Assembly: GCA_031372345.1 (NCBI GenBank)
Contig: JANMLD010000301.1
Span: 888-64,887, forward strand
Direction of reading: 5' to 3'
From: Pirellula sp.
Lineage (GTDB): Bacteria > Planctomycetota > Planctomycetia > Pirellulales > Pirellulaceae
DNA length: 64,000 nt
In this document: positions 28,005 through 38,900 of the stretch, piece after piece
How positions within the stretch are numbered: the stretch's first letter is position 1
Layout: every line of letters begins with the position of its first letter
The notes under the pieces: model-generated
Database searches by the model: none
What the model was told of the DNA's origin: nothing
What the model saw: the letters and a program-made list of their open reading frames with translations, nothing else
Program-made: the position numbers and the translations under genes

Positions 28005-30004
28005 GTTGGATCAGCGCTCTCGGGCCGTTGCAATGGCTGTTAATACTGTTGGTTCCGCCTGCCGTTCTCAGTCTCTATTTCTTAAAGTTAAAACGACGCG
28101 AACTTGCCGTGCCGAGCACCTTGCTTTGGCGACGAACGTTAGAGGACGTCCACGTTAACAGCATTTGGCAGAAGCTTCGCAAAAACCTACTTCTGTATCT
28201 GCAATTGCTCTTTTTGGCTCTTTTGATTTTGGCGTGTATGAGGCCGGGCTGGAGTGGGCAAAATCGAATCGGTGAACGTCGAATCTATATCATCGACAAT
28301 TCAGCTAGCATGCAAGCCACAGACGTTTCACCCAACCGATTGGACTTGGCCAAAAAGAAGGTGCGGGAATTGCTTTCGGATACCTCCGCAGACGATGTTG
28401 GGATGGTGATTGCGTTCTCGGATCGAGCGGATGTTCGGCAAGGTTTTACCAAGGATCGCGGTCGGTTGTTTAGCGCCGTCGATTCGATTCAAGCCACATC
28501 TCACGGAACCGATGTTAGCGAGGCGCTGCGGGCTGCCGCGGGATTGGCAAACCCCGGCCGTTCTAGCTTCGACAATCTCAGCGATATCATGGTAGCGGAT
28601 GCAATCCCTGCTACGGTCTACCTCTTAAGTGATGGTGCATTTGGCGACTTAGGGGACTTCGATTTAGGCAAGTTGAAAATGGAGTATATCCCAATTGGCG
28701 AAACGAAGACGCAAAACCTAGGTATCCTCAGCTTTGCCGTGCAACGCAATGAGGACAAATCGAGCAAGTTGGAGGCATTTGCACGGATCACGAATCAAGG
28801 CGATGCGAAGGTGGACTTCACTGCTTCGCTTGAACTCGACGGCAAGCTTCTTGACGCGTCGACAGGGAGTGTGGACGCAGGGCAAGAAGCAGGGCTACTT
28901 TTCGAGCTCACCGATATGGAAGAGGGCCAGCTCAAGCTGACCCTTGACTATGAGGACGCGCTCAAGGTGGATAATGTGGCATACGCAGCCATTCGACCGA
29001 TCAAACAGATAAGCGTCTTGCTTGTCACGCCGGGCAATGCCGCCTTGGAAACCGCGCTTCATACCGCGCGAGTTCAACAAATTGCCTCGGTTCAAGTGGA
29101 ATCGCCAGCATTCTTGGCCGACTCGAAGTATCAAGCAGCAACCCTTAACGCGGCGTTTGACCTTGTCATCTTTGATCAGTGTTCGCCGTCGCAAATGCCT
29201 TCAAGCAATACGTTGTTTGTTGGAAGTGTACCACCGAGTCCAGCGAGCAAGCCTGGCGAAGAGCCATCTAGCGACGGCTGGAAATTTGGCCAACCGCAGG
29301 GACCCGTTTTTATCTTAGACGTCAATCGAACCAATTCCATGACACAGTATTTGGAAATGGCTTCCGTCGACATCGTAGAGGCAAGGACCGTTAACCCTGG
29401 CGAGTCCGGAACGGTTCTGATGACCAGCGATGTCGGACCTGTTTTCGGAGTCTCGCCGCGTGGGCCTTTTCAGGATGCGGTACTCGGCTTTTCGATTGTA
29501 CAGGCGACCAGTGAAGGGGTTGGAGTCAATACGAATTGGGGAAACAGACGCAGCTTTCCGGTATTCGTGTACTCCACGGTTGAGTACCTAGGTGGTGGTA
29601 TCACGGAATCATCCTCTCCAAGCGTTCAACCAGGCTGGCCTATTGGGCTGTTGCTCTCAAACCGATTCAAGGACTTTCGAGTGGTCGCACCTGACGGGCA
29701 CACGACGGAACTCTCTCGTGGCGACGAGAGTCGATATACCTTTACGAAGACAGACGAACTCGGAATCTACCAGGTGTTCGCAAAGGGTGTTGAGAAGCCG
29801 GTGGAGTCCTTTTGTGTCAATTTGTTTTCTGCACGCGAAAGCGACCTGACAGTCGCCGACTCGATTCAAATGGGATACGAAAAAGTGGCTGCAAGTGGTT
29901 CCATCGTTCAAGCTCGCCAAGAGATTTGGCGTTGGGTTCTGCTGCTTGGTTTGGCCCTGTTGGTTGTCGAATGGATTGTGTTTAACCGTCGCGTCTTTAT
30001 TTGA
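28001..30004 (+). CDS. BatA/vWA domain membrane protein
   Basis: BatA N-terminus (LYFLK...VPS.LLW), MIDAS-like DNSASM, LSDG and a C-terminal TM (W.W.LL.GLALLVVEW). ATGA overlap with the DUF58 gene. Confidence 0.88.
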   Translation: MSWISALGPLQWLLILLVPPAVLSLYFLKLKRRELAVPSTLLWRRTLEDVHVNSIWQKLRKNLLLYLQLLFLALLILACMRPGWSGQNRIGERRIYIIDNSASMQATDVSPNRLDLAKKKVRELLSDTSADDVGMVIAFSDRADVRQGFTKDRGRLFSAVDSIQATSHGTDVSEALRAAAGLANPGRSSFDNLSDIMVADAIPATVYLLSDGAFGDLGDFDLGKLKMEYIPIGETKTQNLGILSFAVQRNEDKSSKLEAFARITNQGDAKVDFTASLELDGKLLDASTGSVDAGQEAGLLFELTDMEEGQLKLTLDYEDALKVDNVAYAAIRPIKQISVLLVTPGNAALETALHTARVQQIASVQVESPAFLADSKYQAATLNAAFDLVIFDQCSPSQMPSSNTLFVGSVPPSPASKPGEEPSSDGWKFGQPQGPVFILDVNRTNSMTQYLEMASVDIVEARTVNPGESGTVLMTSDVGPVFGVSPRGPFQDAVLGFSIVQATSEGVGVNTNWGNRRSFPVFVYSTVEYLGGGITESSSPSVQPGWPIGLLLSNRFKDFRVVAPDGHTTELSRGDESRYTFTKTDELGIYQVFAKGVEKPVESFCVNLFSARESDLTVADSIQMGYEKVAASGSIVQARQEIWRWVLLLGLALLVVEWIVFNRRVFI

Positions 30005-30020
30005 TCTAGGCGGAAGTATC

Positions 30021-30662
30021 TTGGCTAGAAACGCAGTCGCAAATTGCAAAGGGAAATTCTTGGGACCAGTTTCGAATAGGTTCGGATACGGGCTATTATT
30101 TGTGATTGCGGTGGGCCCGGGTTGCGACGCGAATAAAAACGTTGAATCGAAAATTCCTCCAAAAAATAGCGAGTCCATCGCAAGCTACGAACCCACACCC
30201 ATAGCTGCTGCCGCAACGCCAAAACAAGTTAAAACCAATACGATTACGCTTTCAATGAAAATTAGCATTTCAGGTTTCGCTCATAGCAACGGATCGTGCC
30301 GCGTGGCTGTTTATTTAGGCAATGCACATTTCAATGAGCCTGAGTATGCCATAGCAAAAGAATCGATTCGCATCCTCGATTCGAAAGCCACTTGGCAAGT
30401 CGAAATCCCGATTCCTGTCGGAAACGAACAGGATGGTGAGGCTGTCCCGCCCCTAGCCGTTAGTGCATACCATGATGAAAACGAAAATTCGCGACTGGAC
30501 AAGAATTCTTTCGGCATTCCAACCGAGCGATATGGTTTTTCGAATAACCCGAAGCGCGGGTATGGACCTCCCAAGTTCAGCGACGCAGCAATCAACTTGA
30601 ATTCAACCGAGCAGCTTAGCAACTCCCATGGAACTCTCGAAGTTCCCGTCCTAATCAAGTGA
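30021..30662 (+). CDS. DUF2141 family protein, possible lipoprotein (start uncertain)
   Basis: Motifs G.CRVAVY, AVSAYHDENEN..LD.N.FGIPTE.YGFSNN and GPPKF.DA. The ORF-track start overlaps batA and was trimmed. Confidence 0.8.
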   Translation: MARNAVANCKGKFLGPVSNRFGYGLLFVIAVGPGCDANKNVESKIPPKNSESIASYEPTPIAAAATPKQVKTNTITLSMKISISGFAHSNGSCRVAVYLGNAHFNEPEYAIAKESIRILDSKATWQVEIPIPVGNEQDGEAVPPLAVSAYHDENENSRLDKNSFGIPTERYGFSNNPKRGYGPPKFSDAAINLNSTEQLSNSHGTLEVPVLIK

Positions 30663-32401
30663 AGACTTTGTCCGAAAACCCCAACGAGTGGCCTCAATCG
30701 AATCCCCAAACGGTTTCAACGCATGATGCAGGCGCACTCAATGCCAATGTCGGAGCCAGGCTCAGCGTACAAGCAGCCATTGCTCCTGACGCCATCGCCA
30801 TCGCTTCTCCACGCGGTTCGCACCGACAGCGCGATCATCGAAGCTATGACACGATCACGATGGCGGAGTTGGAACGTCGATCCGCGTCGATTGCCGCGGG
30901 TCTACAAGGGATGGGAATCGGTCCGGGCAAACGTATCGCGTTGCTAGTTCGATTCGGCGAAGACTTCATCGCATTGGTTTTTGCGGTGCTGAAGTCGGGT
31001 GCGACGCTGGTCCTTATCGATCCGGGAATGGGCCGCAAGAACTTGATCGAGTGTCTAGCAGCGACCCGTCCAGACGGGTTTATTGCGATACCCATGGCGC
31101 ACGCCATATTGCGTTTTTTCCAATCGCGATTCCCGAGTGCCAAGTTGAATGTAACGGCCGGTCGGTGGTTTCCAGGACTTCCCTCGGCCACATTGAGTCA
31201 CTTAGAAAAGCAATCGCCAAACGGATTACGTTTACCCGTATCCAAACGGGACGATCCAGCCGCCATCATTTTCACGACCGGTAGCACAGGTCCTCCGAAG
31301 GGGGTTCTTTACACGCACGGGACTTTTAATGCTCAGATTGATCAGGTGGCAGCGCACTACGGGATTCAGCCTGGCGGTCGGGACCTGAGTTGTTTTCCAT
31401 TGTTTGGGCTCTTCAACGCGGTCATGGGAACGACTACGATCCTGCCGGACATGAATCCCATTCGCCCGGCAGATGTCGATCCGGTTCGATTGTTAGACGC
31501 AATTGATCAATGGCAGATTAACCAGTCGTTTGGGTCTCCGGCTTTATGGACCAAAGTAGGTGGTTTTTGCGCGAAGTCAGGACGCCGAGTCGAGTCGCTC
31601 CAGCGTGTCCTTTCGGCAGGCGCGCCGGTTCCTCCTAGGGTATTGGAGCAAGTCCGGAAAGCGATGCATGTGGATGGCTCCATGTACACACCCTACGGCG
31701 CCACGGAAGCTTTGCCAATCGCCTCAATCGAATCTCGCAGCGTGTTGCAAGAAACCGCTTTTAAGACTCGGCAAGGAGCCGGGACATGTGTCGGAAGCAA
31801 ATTTTCCGGAATACGTTGGCGAGTTATTGCTATCGATGACAAGCCGATTAAGAACATCAATGAATCCAAGGAAATGCCTCTTGGTGAAATTGGGGAACTC
31901 ATGGTTTGCGGGTCGGTTGTTTCTAAACAGTATGTTACACGCGAGGATCAAAACGCCATACATAAAGTTCGAGAGGGCGCTGACGTCTGGCATCGGATGG
32001 GAGACGTCGGCTACTTGGACGAACAACATCGATTCTGGTTTTGCGGCCGAAAGTCGCATCGAATTATTTCAGGTTCTCGTGTTCTTTTTACAGAATCCAT
32101 TGAAGCGATTGCAAACTCCCATCCAGACGTGTACCGATCTGCTTTAATAGGGACAGGTGATCGATTTTCGCAATCGCCGATGGTCATCCTGGAGCCGTGG
32201 TCCAAGCAGACTCATGACAGAAAACTAAACGACGCTCAATTGTCACAGGCTGTTGTCGAGCGGTTGCAAGAAAATCCACGTAGCAACGCCGTGAAGCGAG
32301 TCGTTGTTTATCCGAGCAAATTGCCAACGGACATTCGACACAACTCCAAGATCTTTCGTGAGAAGCTGACGGAATGGGCCAACAAGAAGTATCCTGGTTA
32401 G
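30659..32401 (+). CDS. oleC: AMP-forming acyl ligase, OleC (beta-lactone synthetase)-like
   Basis: Motifs FTTGSTGPPKGV, DLSCFPLFGLF, PDMNPIRPA, TPYGATEALP, WHRMGD.GY.D...FWFCGRKSHR and LPTDIRHNSKIFRE. Confidence 0.75.
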   Translation: MKTLSENPNEWPQSNPQTVSTHDAGALNANVGARLSVQAAIAPDAIAIASPRGSHRQRDHRSYDTITMAELERRSASIAAGLQGMGIGPGKRIALLVRFGEDFIALVFAVLKSGATLVLIDPGMGRKNLIECLAATRPDGFIAIPMAHAILRFFQSRFPSAKLNVTAGRWFPGLPSATLSHLEKQSPNGLRLPVSKRDDPAAIIFTTGSTGPPKGVLYTHGTFNAQIDQVAAHYGIQPGGRDLSCFPLFGLFNAVMGTTTILPDMNPIRPADVDPVRLLDAIDQWQINQSFGSPALWTKVGGFCAKSGRRVESLQRVLSAGAPVPPRVLEQVRKAMHVDGSMYTPYGATEALPIASIESRSVLQETAFKTRQGAGTCVGSKFSGIRWRVIAIDDKPIKNINESKEMPLGEIGELMVCGSVVSKQYVTREDQNAIHKVREGADVWHRMGDVGYLDEQHRFWFCGRKSHRIISGSRVLFTESIEAIANSHPDVYRSALIGTGDRFSQSPMVILEPWSKQTHDRKLNDAQLSQAVVERLQENPRSNAVKRVVVYPSKLPTDIRHNSKIFREKLTEWANKKYPG

Positions 32402-32542
32402 CGATTGTCGTGGCCGACAAAAGTCAAAGTAGTAGGCACATTCCATGTGCCGTCCACTTAGAATCCCACTAAATGCTGACGAGCGGACGGCACGACGGAG
32501 CGTGCCTGCTACTTTTGTCGGCTGCGTCGCGATTGTCGTGGC
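32401..32542. repeat. REPIN-like palindrome inside 12-bp inverted repeats and 14-bp direct repeats
   Basis: Direct repeat gcgattgtcgtggc at 32401 and 32529. Inverted repeat gccgacaaaagt (32413) / acttttgtcggc (32511). REP arms at 32428-32455 and 32485-32513. Confidence 0.75.
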
Positions 32543-32670
32543 TGGCGCTGCCAGCCTCGGTGGGGATGCTGGCAGCCTCCGCCACCTGTCCAGCGGATCC
32601 AATCGAGGGTATCTTTGCGTTTAGGGTTCTACGTTATTGATCGCTTACTCCTTTCGAAATAGTACATACG

Positions 32671-33033
32671 ATGCCAAGTCTCACAGTTGAGGGAATCGGA
32701 ACCTTTGATGTTCCAGAGGGAAAACGGCTTGCTGCTGCTCTGTGCGAAGAAGCGGGCACGGATCAATTGCATGCTTGCGGCGGCAAAGCACGCTGCACAA
32801 CCTGCCGGGTCGAGTTCATTGCAGGGGAACCTGCTAAGATGACGGTCGCGGAGAAGCAAGTTTTGGCCGCCAAAGGTGCTTCGGGAGTTCGACTCAGTTG
32901 TCAGATCCTCTGTGAATCCGACATGTCCGTTCGAGTGATTAGTCGTTTGGAGGGAAGTGGTCGAAAAGACAGCGGATCACCGTTGGCTGGAACAATCGAG
33001 CCAACTCCGGTGGAGTGGACGACCAAGGGATAA
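32671..33033 (+). CDS. 2Fe-2S ferredoxin (adrenodoxin-like)
   Basis: HACGGKARCTTC ... RLSCQ. Confidence 0.9.
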   Translation: MPSLTVEGIGTFDVPEGKRLAAALCEEAGTDQLHACGGKARCTTCRVEFIAGEPAKMTVAEKQVLAAKGASGVRLSCQILCESDMSVRVISRLEGSGRKDSGSPLAGTIEPTPVEWTTKG

Positions 33034-33095
33034 CCTTTAAAAGTAAACCTGGGAAATCGCATTTCCTTTTCAACTGACATACGAGCGAATTTGAA

Positions 33096-35018
33096 ATGTG
33101 CGGGATCGCGGGTGGAATTTGGGCGCACGATGCAACGGGACTGACTCGCGAGGAGTTAGGCCGGATGACGGGCGCTATTGCTCACCGCGGTCCCGATGAT
33201 CAAGGCCATTTGATTATTCCTTCGGCGATGAACCATTCTATCTTGAACGGCCCCCCATCGCCTGGAGTCGCGCTCGGCTTTCGCCGGCTGTCGATTATTG
33301 ATTTGGCAACCGGACACCAACCGCTTGGCAACGAAGACGGCAGCGTTCAAATTGTTTTCAACGGCGAGATCTACAATTACCAGCAACTCAGGTATCGATT
33401 GGAGGGAGCTGGGCATACGTTTCGGTCCCAATCGGACACCGAGACGATTGTTCACTTATATGAAGATCTTGGGCTAGACTGCTTCGAGCATCTTAATGGC
33501 ATGTTCGCAATGGCGATCTGGGATCGACGCAATGAACGTTTGGTTCTGGCTCGCGATCGATTGGGCAAGAAGCCACTTTACTACACCGTTCAAGACGGAC
33601 GGCTCGTTTTTGCCAGTGAACTCAAAAGCTTGATGACCTTGCCCGGGATTCGCAAAGAGATCGATCCAGGCTCCATCGACTTGTTCTTAACGTATCAGTA
33701 CATTCCGCACCCGCATTCGATTTACAAGGGTATCCACAAGTTGCCTCCGGGGCACTTCGCCGTCTTCGAAAATGGAAGATTGCGAATACAAAAATATTGG
33801 AATGTGGACTGGTCCAAAGAGATCGCAATCACCCAGTCATCTGCATCCGAACATTTACGGACTTTGTTGGCGGATGCCATTCGCATTCGTTTACGAAGCG
33901 ATGTTCCGCTCGGAGCGTTCCTCTCTGGCGGAATCGATTCGTCGCTGATCGTCGCAATTGCGCAGCAGCAACTGGAAACTCCAATACGGACTTTTTCCAT
34001 CGGCTTTTCGGAAGCTGATTTCGATGAAACTCATTATGCAAAGATGGTTGCCGACCATGTCGGCACCAAACACGAACGATTTGAAGTGACGCCGGATGCC
34101 ATGGATATTCTCGACCGACTGGTAAGGCAATACGATGAACCGTTTGGCGATTCATCGGCCGTACCGACTTGGTATCTGAGCGAGATGACTCGGAAACACG
34201 TAACAGTCGCCCTCAGTGGCGATGGGGGCGATGAGTTGTTTGGTGGCTACGAACGCTATCGAGCGTTGAAGCTCAGCGGCCAGTTGCAGTCTTGGTTGCC
34301 AGTGGGGTGGCTCAACCAAAGTTGGATTATGAATCGGTTGCCTGACTCGAATGCAAGGCGATCCCTTCTTCGTCGAGTTCGACGTTTTTGCGAGGCGCTT
34401 GGCCAGCCTCCGATCGAACGTTACATGAATTGGATTCAGATTTTTGGCGAAGCAAGTCGGTTGGATCTTTATCAAGAATCCTTTATTCAGCAATTGCCAG
34501 ATCGCAACCCGGTCTCCTTCTTAGCTGACGCATGGAGGAACGCCGGTAAACGCGACTTGGTTAGTTGCGCCTCGACAGCCGATCTGCAGACGTATATGCC
34601 TTGTGATTTGATGACGAAAGTGGACATCGCTTCCATGGCTCACTCGTTGGAAGTACGGCAGCCGCTACTGGACTATCGTCTAGTGGAATGGGCTGCGTCC
34701 TTGCCCTCGCAATTGAAGCTGAGAGGTAGAAAGGGCAAACGATTATTGATGGATACTTATAAGGATCTACTGCCTAAGGAGATATGGCATAGACCCAAGA
34801 TGGGGTTTGGCGTCCCGATTGCTAAGTGGTTTCGGACTTCCTTGCGAGACCGAACTTACGATGCGTTGCTTGGCCAGGATGCGAAATGCCATGAGTATTT
34901 TCGACGGGAGGCTATTGCATCCTTGGTCGACGAACACATGACAGGGCGAGGGAATCAAGCGTACCGACTTTGGAACCTGTTGTTTCTGGAGCAGTGGCTT
35001 AGGAATAAAAACGATTAG
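33096..35018 (+). CDS. asnB: Asparagine synthase (glutamine-hydrolysing) family amidotransferase
   Basis: Motifs MCGI, HRGPD, RLSIID, NGEIYN, LSGGIDSS, SGDGGDELFGGY and KVDIASM. Confidence 0.95.
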   Translation: MCGIAGGIWAHDATGLTREELGRMTGAIAHRGPDDQGHLIIPSAMNHSILNGPPSPGVALGFRRLSIIDLATGHQPLGNEDGSVQIVFNGEIYNYQQLRYRLEGAGHTFRSQSDTETIVHLYEDLGLDCFEHLNGMFAMAIWDRRNERLVLARDRLGKKPLYYTVQDGRLVFASELKSLMTLPGIRKEIDPGSIDLFLTYQYIPHPHSIYKGIHKLPPGHFAVFENGRLRIQKYWNVDWSKEIAITQSSASEHLRTLLADAIRIRLRSDVPLGAFLSGGIDSSLIVAIAQQQLETPIRTFSIGFSEADFDETHYAKMVADHVGTKHERFEVTPDAMDILDRLVRQYDEPFGDSSAVPTWYLSEMTRKHVTVALSGDGGDELFGGYERYRALKLSGQLQSWLPVGWLNQSWIMNRLPDSNARRSLLRRVRRFCEALGQPPIERYMNWIQIFGEASRLDLYQESFIQQLPDRNPVSFLADAWRNAGKRDLVSCASTADLQTYMPCDLMTKVDIASMAHSLEVRQPLLDYRLVEWAASLPSQLKLRGRKGKRLLMDTYKDLLPKEIWHRPKMGFGVPIAKWFRTSLRDRTYDALLGQDAKCHEYFRREAIASLVDEHMTGRGNQAYRLWNLLFLEQWLRNKND

Positions 35019-35043
35019 TTGATTTTCACTTTGGGAGCGTATC

Positions 35044-35787
35044 ATGAAAGCAAACAAACTTTTGAGTGCGTCGTTAACTGTGATTTGCAGTCTATTTTGT
35101 GCTTTAACACAAGGAGCACAGCCAGTTGCCGGTCAGCAAGTGGAGCAGGTTTTCAAAACAAAGGATTCGGCCGAAGTACCCTATCTGCTCTATTTACCGA
35201 GCGAATGGAAAACAGGAAAAGATAGTTTGCCTATCATGCTTTTTTTGCATGGACGCGGCGAGAGCGATGGTCCGCTCAGCACGGTTGCAAAATGGGGGCC
35301 ACCTCAAATGGCTGCCCGCGGTGACAAGCTTCCATTCATACTGGTTTCTCCGCAATGTCCCAAGGAAGATTCGTGGAGCAGTGCGACACAGCAAGCCCGT
35401 TTGGTTGAATTATTGGACTCGGTTGTTGAAAAAACCAACGCAGATAAAAAACGAATTTACTTGGCAGGGCTCAGCATGGGTGGTTCGGGTTCGTGGCGAA
35501 TGGCGGCGGATCAGCCTAATCGATTTGCTGCCGTTGTTCCCATTTGCGGACGAGGCGACCTCAAGGACGCAGCGCAGTTAAAAGACCTGCCGATCTGGGT
35601 CTTTGTCGGTGATCAAGACCGCGTTTTTCAGGCGAACTTGGACCAAGTTGAGGCAATCCGTCAGGCTGGAAGTCAAGCAATACGATTAACGACATTGGAA
35701 AATATCGGTCACAATTCCTGGTCTGCAGCTTTTGCCTCCCCCGACTTGTATGCATGGCTGAATCTCCAAACGCGAGCAAAGAAGTGA
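35044..35787 (+). CDS. Exported alpha/beta hydrolase (esterase/peptidase)
   Basis: Signal peptide, FLHGRGE, GLSMGG nucleophile, GDQD and GHNSW. Confidence 0.85.
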   Translation: MKANKLLSASLTVICSLFCALTQGAQPVAGQQVEQVFKTKDSAEVPYLLYLPSEWKTGKDSLPIMLFLHGRGESDGPLSTVAKWGPPQMAARGDKLPFILVSPQCPKEDSWSSATQQARLVELLDSVVEKTNADKKRIYLAGLSMGGSGSWRMAADQPNRFAAVVPICGRGDLKDAAQLKDLPIWVFVGDQDRVFQANLDQVEAIRQAGSQAIRLTTLENIGHNSWSAAFASPDLYAWLNLQTRAKK

Positions 35788-35930
35788 GTTTGAGGCGTAA
35801 GCTGTGCTAGTGTTTGTTGCACAGCACAGCCCAGGTTGTGCACTTTTTTTCTTCATCAGACTAGAATACGGGGGTATCGGGTGACATTCCGCTCCGTGAT
35901 GGTTGCCAAATAGAACACACCTAGCCTGCC

Positions 35931-38900
35931 ATGAATCACAAGATCAGTTGCCCGCACTGCCAACATAGTCTCTCGATCAAAGACCCGAAACCAGGCAAAT
36001 ACAAGCCAAAGTGTTCTGGCTGTGGCGAATCGTTTGTGATCGTCGTCGAAGCTGGCGACCCGCCAAGTGTCAAGGTTGGGGGCTCTCGTCCTCGCCCTCC
36101 GGTAAGTGGCTTGGATGTGACTTCGCCTCCAGAGGGCCCTGTACCGCAAGAGGCTTCTTTTCAAAACAATTCAAGTCTCGTAAGTGTGGCGGACTTAACG
36201 GGCCAAGAAGGAAGCCCGTCTACCAACAGCAAACCTACTGGTTTTGAAGCGACTATCCAACAGGAAGCGGTAACAGGTCTCAGCGGAGGCTCCCAAGCAG
36301 GGGAAGAAACCTTGATGCATGCCGCTTTCGCCAAATCGGCTCCAGGAGCGAGCCACGACTTTTCCGTGAATGAACAAACCATGGATTCGGCACCGAGTCC
36401 GCCTGCCTCTAGTGCTTCATCAGCGTCAAGCGGTGCATCGGATCCGCCCTCCGGTGCGACTTCGTCCATTGGGCCCGCGACGGGCATCCATCGCTTAGGG
36501 GGCTATCGTATTTTAAAAGAACTCGGTGCCGGTGGTATGGGTTCGGTCTACCTCGCAAAGCAAATCTCGCTCGATCGAGCATGCGCTTTAAAAACGATCC
36601 AAGCAAAGTGGGCGCAAAACCCTCGAGTGATCGCGCGCTTTATTCGCGAAGCCTATGCTGCGGCCCAGTTGACGCACCACAACGTCGTTCAAATCTATGA
36701 TCTCGGTGTGGACGGAAATACCAACTTCTTCAGCATGGAATTGGTATCGGGAGGATCGCTCGACGACCAACTGAAAACCAAAGGAAAGTTGCCGCCGAAA
36801 TTGGCTGCAACGCTAATTCTTCAAGCATCTCGAGGGCTTAAGTTCGCGCACGATCACGGGATGGTTCATCGCGATATCAAGCCTGCGAATTTGATGATGA
36901 CAGCCGATGGAATGGTCAAGGTCGCCGATATGGGCCTGGTCAAAACTCAGGGTGCGGACGAGCTATCCGCCGACGCTGCCGACGCTGCAGATGTTCAGAG
37001 TTTGGTTCTGGCGTCTGCCCGATCTCAAGTAACCGCTATTGGTTCGTCGATGGGGACTCCAGCGTACATGTCTCCAGAACAGTCAGCCGATGCAACGAGC
37101 GTAGACAAGCGAGCCGACATTTATTCACTCGGTTGCACATTTTACGCGTTGCTTACCGGAAAACCACCCTTCGAAGGGAACACCATGCTGGAGGTCATCA
37201 CCAAGCATCGTGTCGAAAAAATCGTGCGGCCCGAACGCATCATATCGGGATTGCCGAGCGTGCTTGGCGACATGATCGAGAAAATGACCGCAAAAAAACC
37301 CGAGGACAGGTATCAGGATCTCGAAGAGCTCATCCATGAACTAGAAGTGTATTTGGAACTGCGAGAAGATACCTCCGGTGCAAAAATTCAGCACCATCCC
37401 GGCGACGTTGATGCGATAACACGGTCACAATCGAACGCGCGCGACGACGCACCTACCTCAAAGGTGGTGAATGCAGTCTCAGTCTTGGCACCGGAGCAAG
37501 CGGCGCAATTGCAGTTAGCCTCCAAAAAATTCAACAGTGCCCCATTGCTGCTCGCTCGGCGTTTTGCTCCCATGGCTTGGTATGGACTATGCGGACTGAT
37601 GTGCATCCTGTCGCTTCTGTTTTCGGCTACAGCTGGGCTCTCGCTGATAGGAGAAGGAGCCAAGTCCGTCGCAACGCAGGCCAGCAATGCGATGCAAAGC
37701 TTTAGCGCGCCGAATGCTTCGACGGCCGCTCTTCCCTCTGCAGTTTCGGAGACAACGCAACCCACCGAATCGAAAGCGGCCAAATTGTTTGCAAGCATGG
37801 TTTCTCAACTCAAAACTGGGCTGGGATATGTTTTGGCATTGCTCCTCGGGCCCATTGCGGCGATCGGATTTGCTGGATGGGAGGGACGTAGTCCGTTGGC
37901 GCTTCGGTGGCGTGCTTCCTTGGTAGCGGGCGGACTAATTGAATGGGTCTATTGGATCTTCGGTAGCTTGGTTGCCTTGCTGGCAGTCTATTATCTTGGA
38001 CTTTGGTTTCCGCTGTTCATGGCGGTGCTGTTCGGGAGTGCGGCCGGGGCTGCTTACTACTTCGGCATCGAAAAGCTGTTGGCAAAGTCGCGTAAGCCAA
38101 CCGTCGATCAAGCCCAGGCGATATTAAAACAACAGCGATTGCGTGGAGGAGACGAAGCTATCCTACGCGAAGCCGTGGCAGATTGCTCCGGTACGCACTG
38201 GGAAGAGTTTTACGAAACTCTTTTTGGTTATGACATGATGAGGGCGATGAGAACGCGATTGCAGCAAAACAAGCGCCTTGGGCTTAAAATCTTTCGTCCG
38301 AGGCGAGACACGTTTATTGATCAATGGGAGCAGAAGCTCGTTGACGCGCGTCAACAAAAGGATGAAAAAATATTAAGAAAGGCAGAGAAGGCCGAAATGG
38401 TTGCCAATGGCATTTCGGACAGCGAAGCCAGGAAACGAGCTGGTGCCATGGCAGCATCGATGGTCGATGCCGCAAGTGAGACACGTCAGACCATGCAAGA
38501 TATAGCGGCTGGAAAATTGACAGACCAAGCGGCCGTCGCGAAGCGTCAGCGCATCAAACAAATGCTGACCGAGGCGAGAACGGGGAAAGTGAGCACACGG
38601 GAAGTACGAAGCCGTTCACTGGAACGTATGTTCAGTCAATTGCTGGGTGGTAAATTTCGTTTTGCCTGTGCTGCGGTGATGCTGCTCGCCTCTGGAATGT
38701 GGCTCCAAACCAATCAAAGGGCGCTTGAGAGTTACTGGCAGCAGGCGAAAACAACAGCTCTATCGACTGTCGATACGTTGAAGAACACGACACTTGATTC
38801 GAAGGGGCTTGAAAGCGCGACGCAAGCGATTTCCACTGCGACAGAGCAAGCGAAGACGGCAATCGTAAAATCGGAACTTAAGACTTGGAAGAGTGTCTGG

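Noticed and set aside
30659-35018. oleC-ferredoxin-asnB as a beta-lactam/beta-lactone biosynthetic cluster
   Set aside because: AsnB keeps its N-terminal Cys glutaminase domain, unlike beta-lactam synthetases, and a 270-nt REP-filled gap separates oleC from the ferredoxin.
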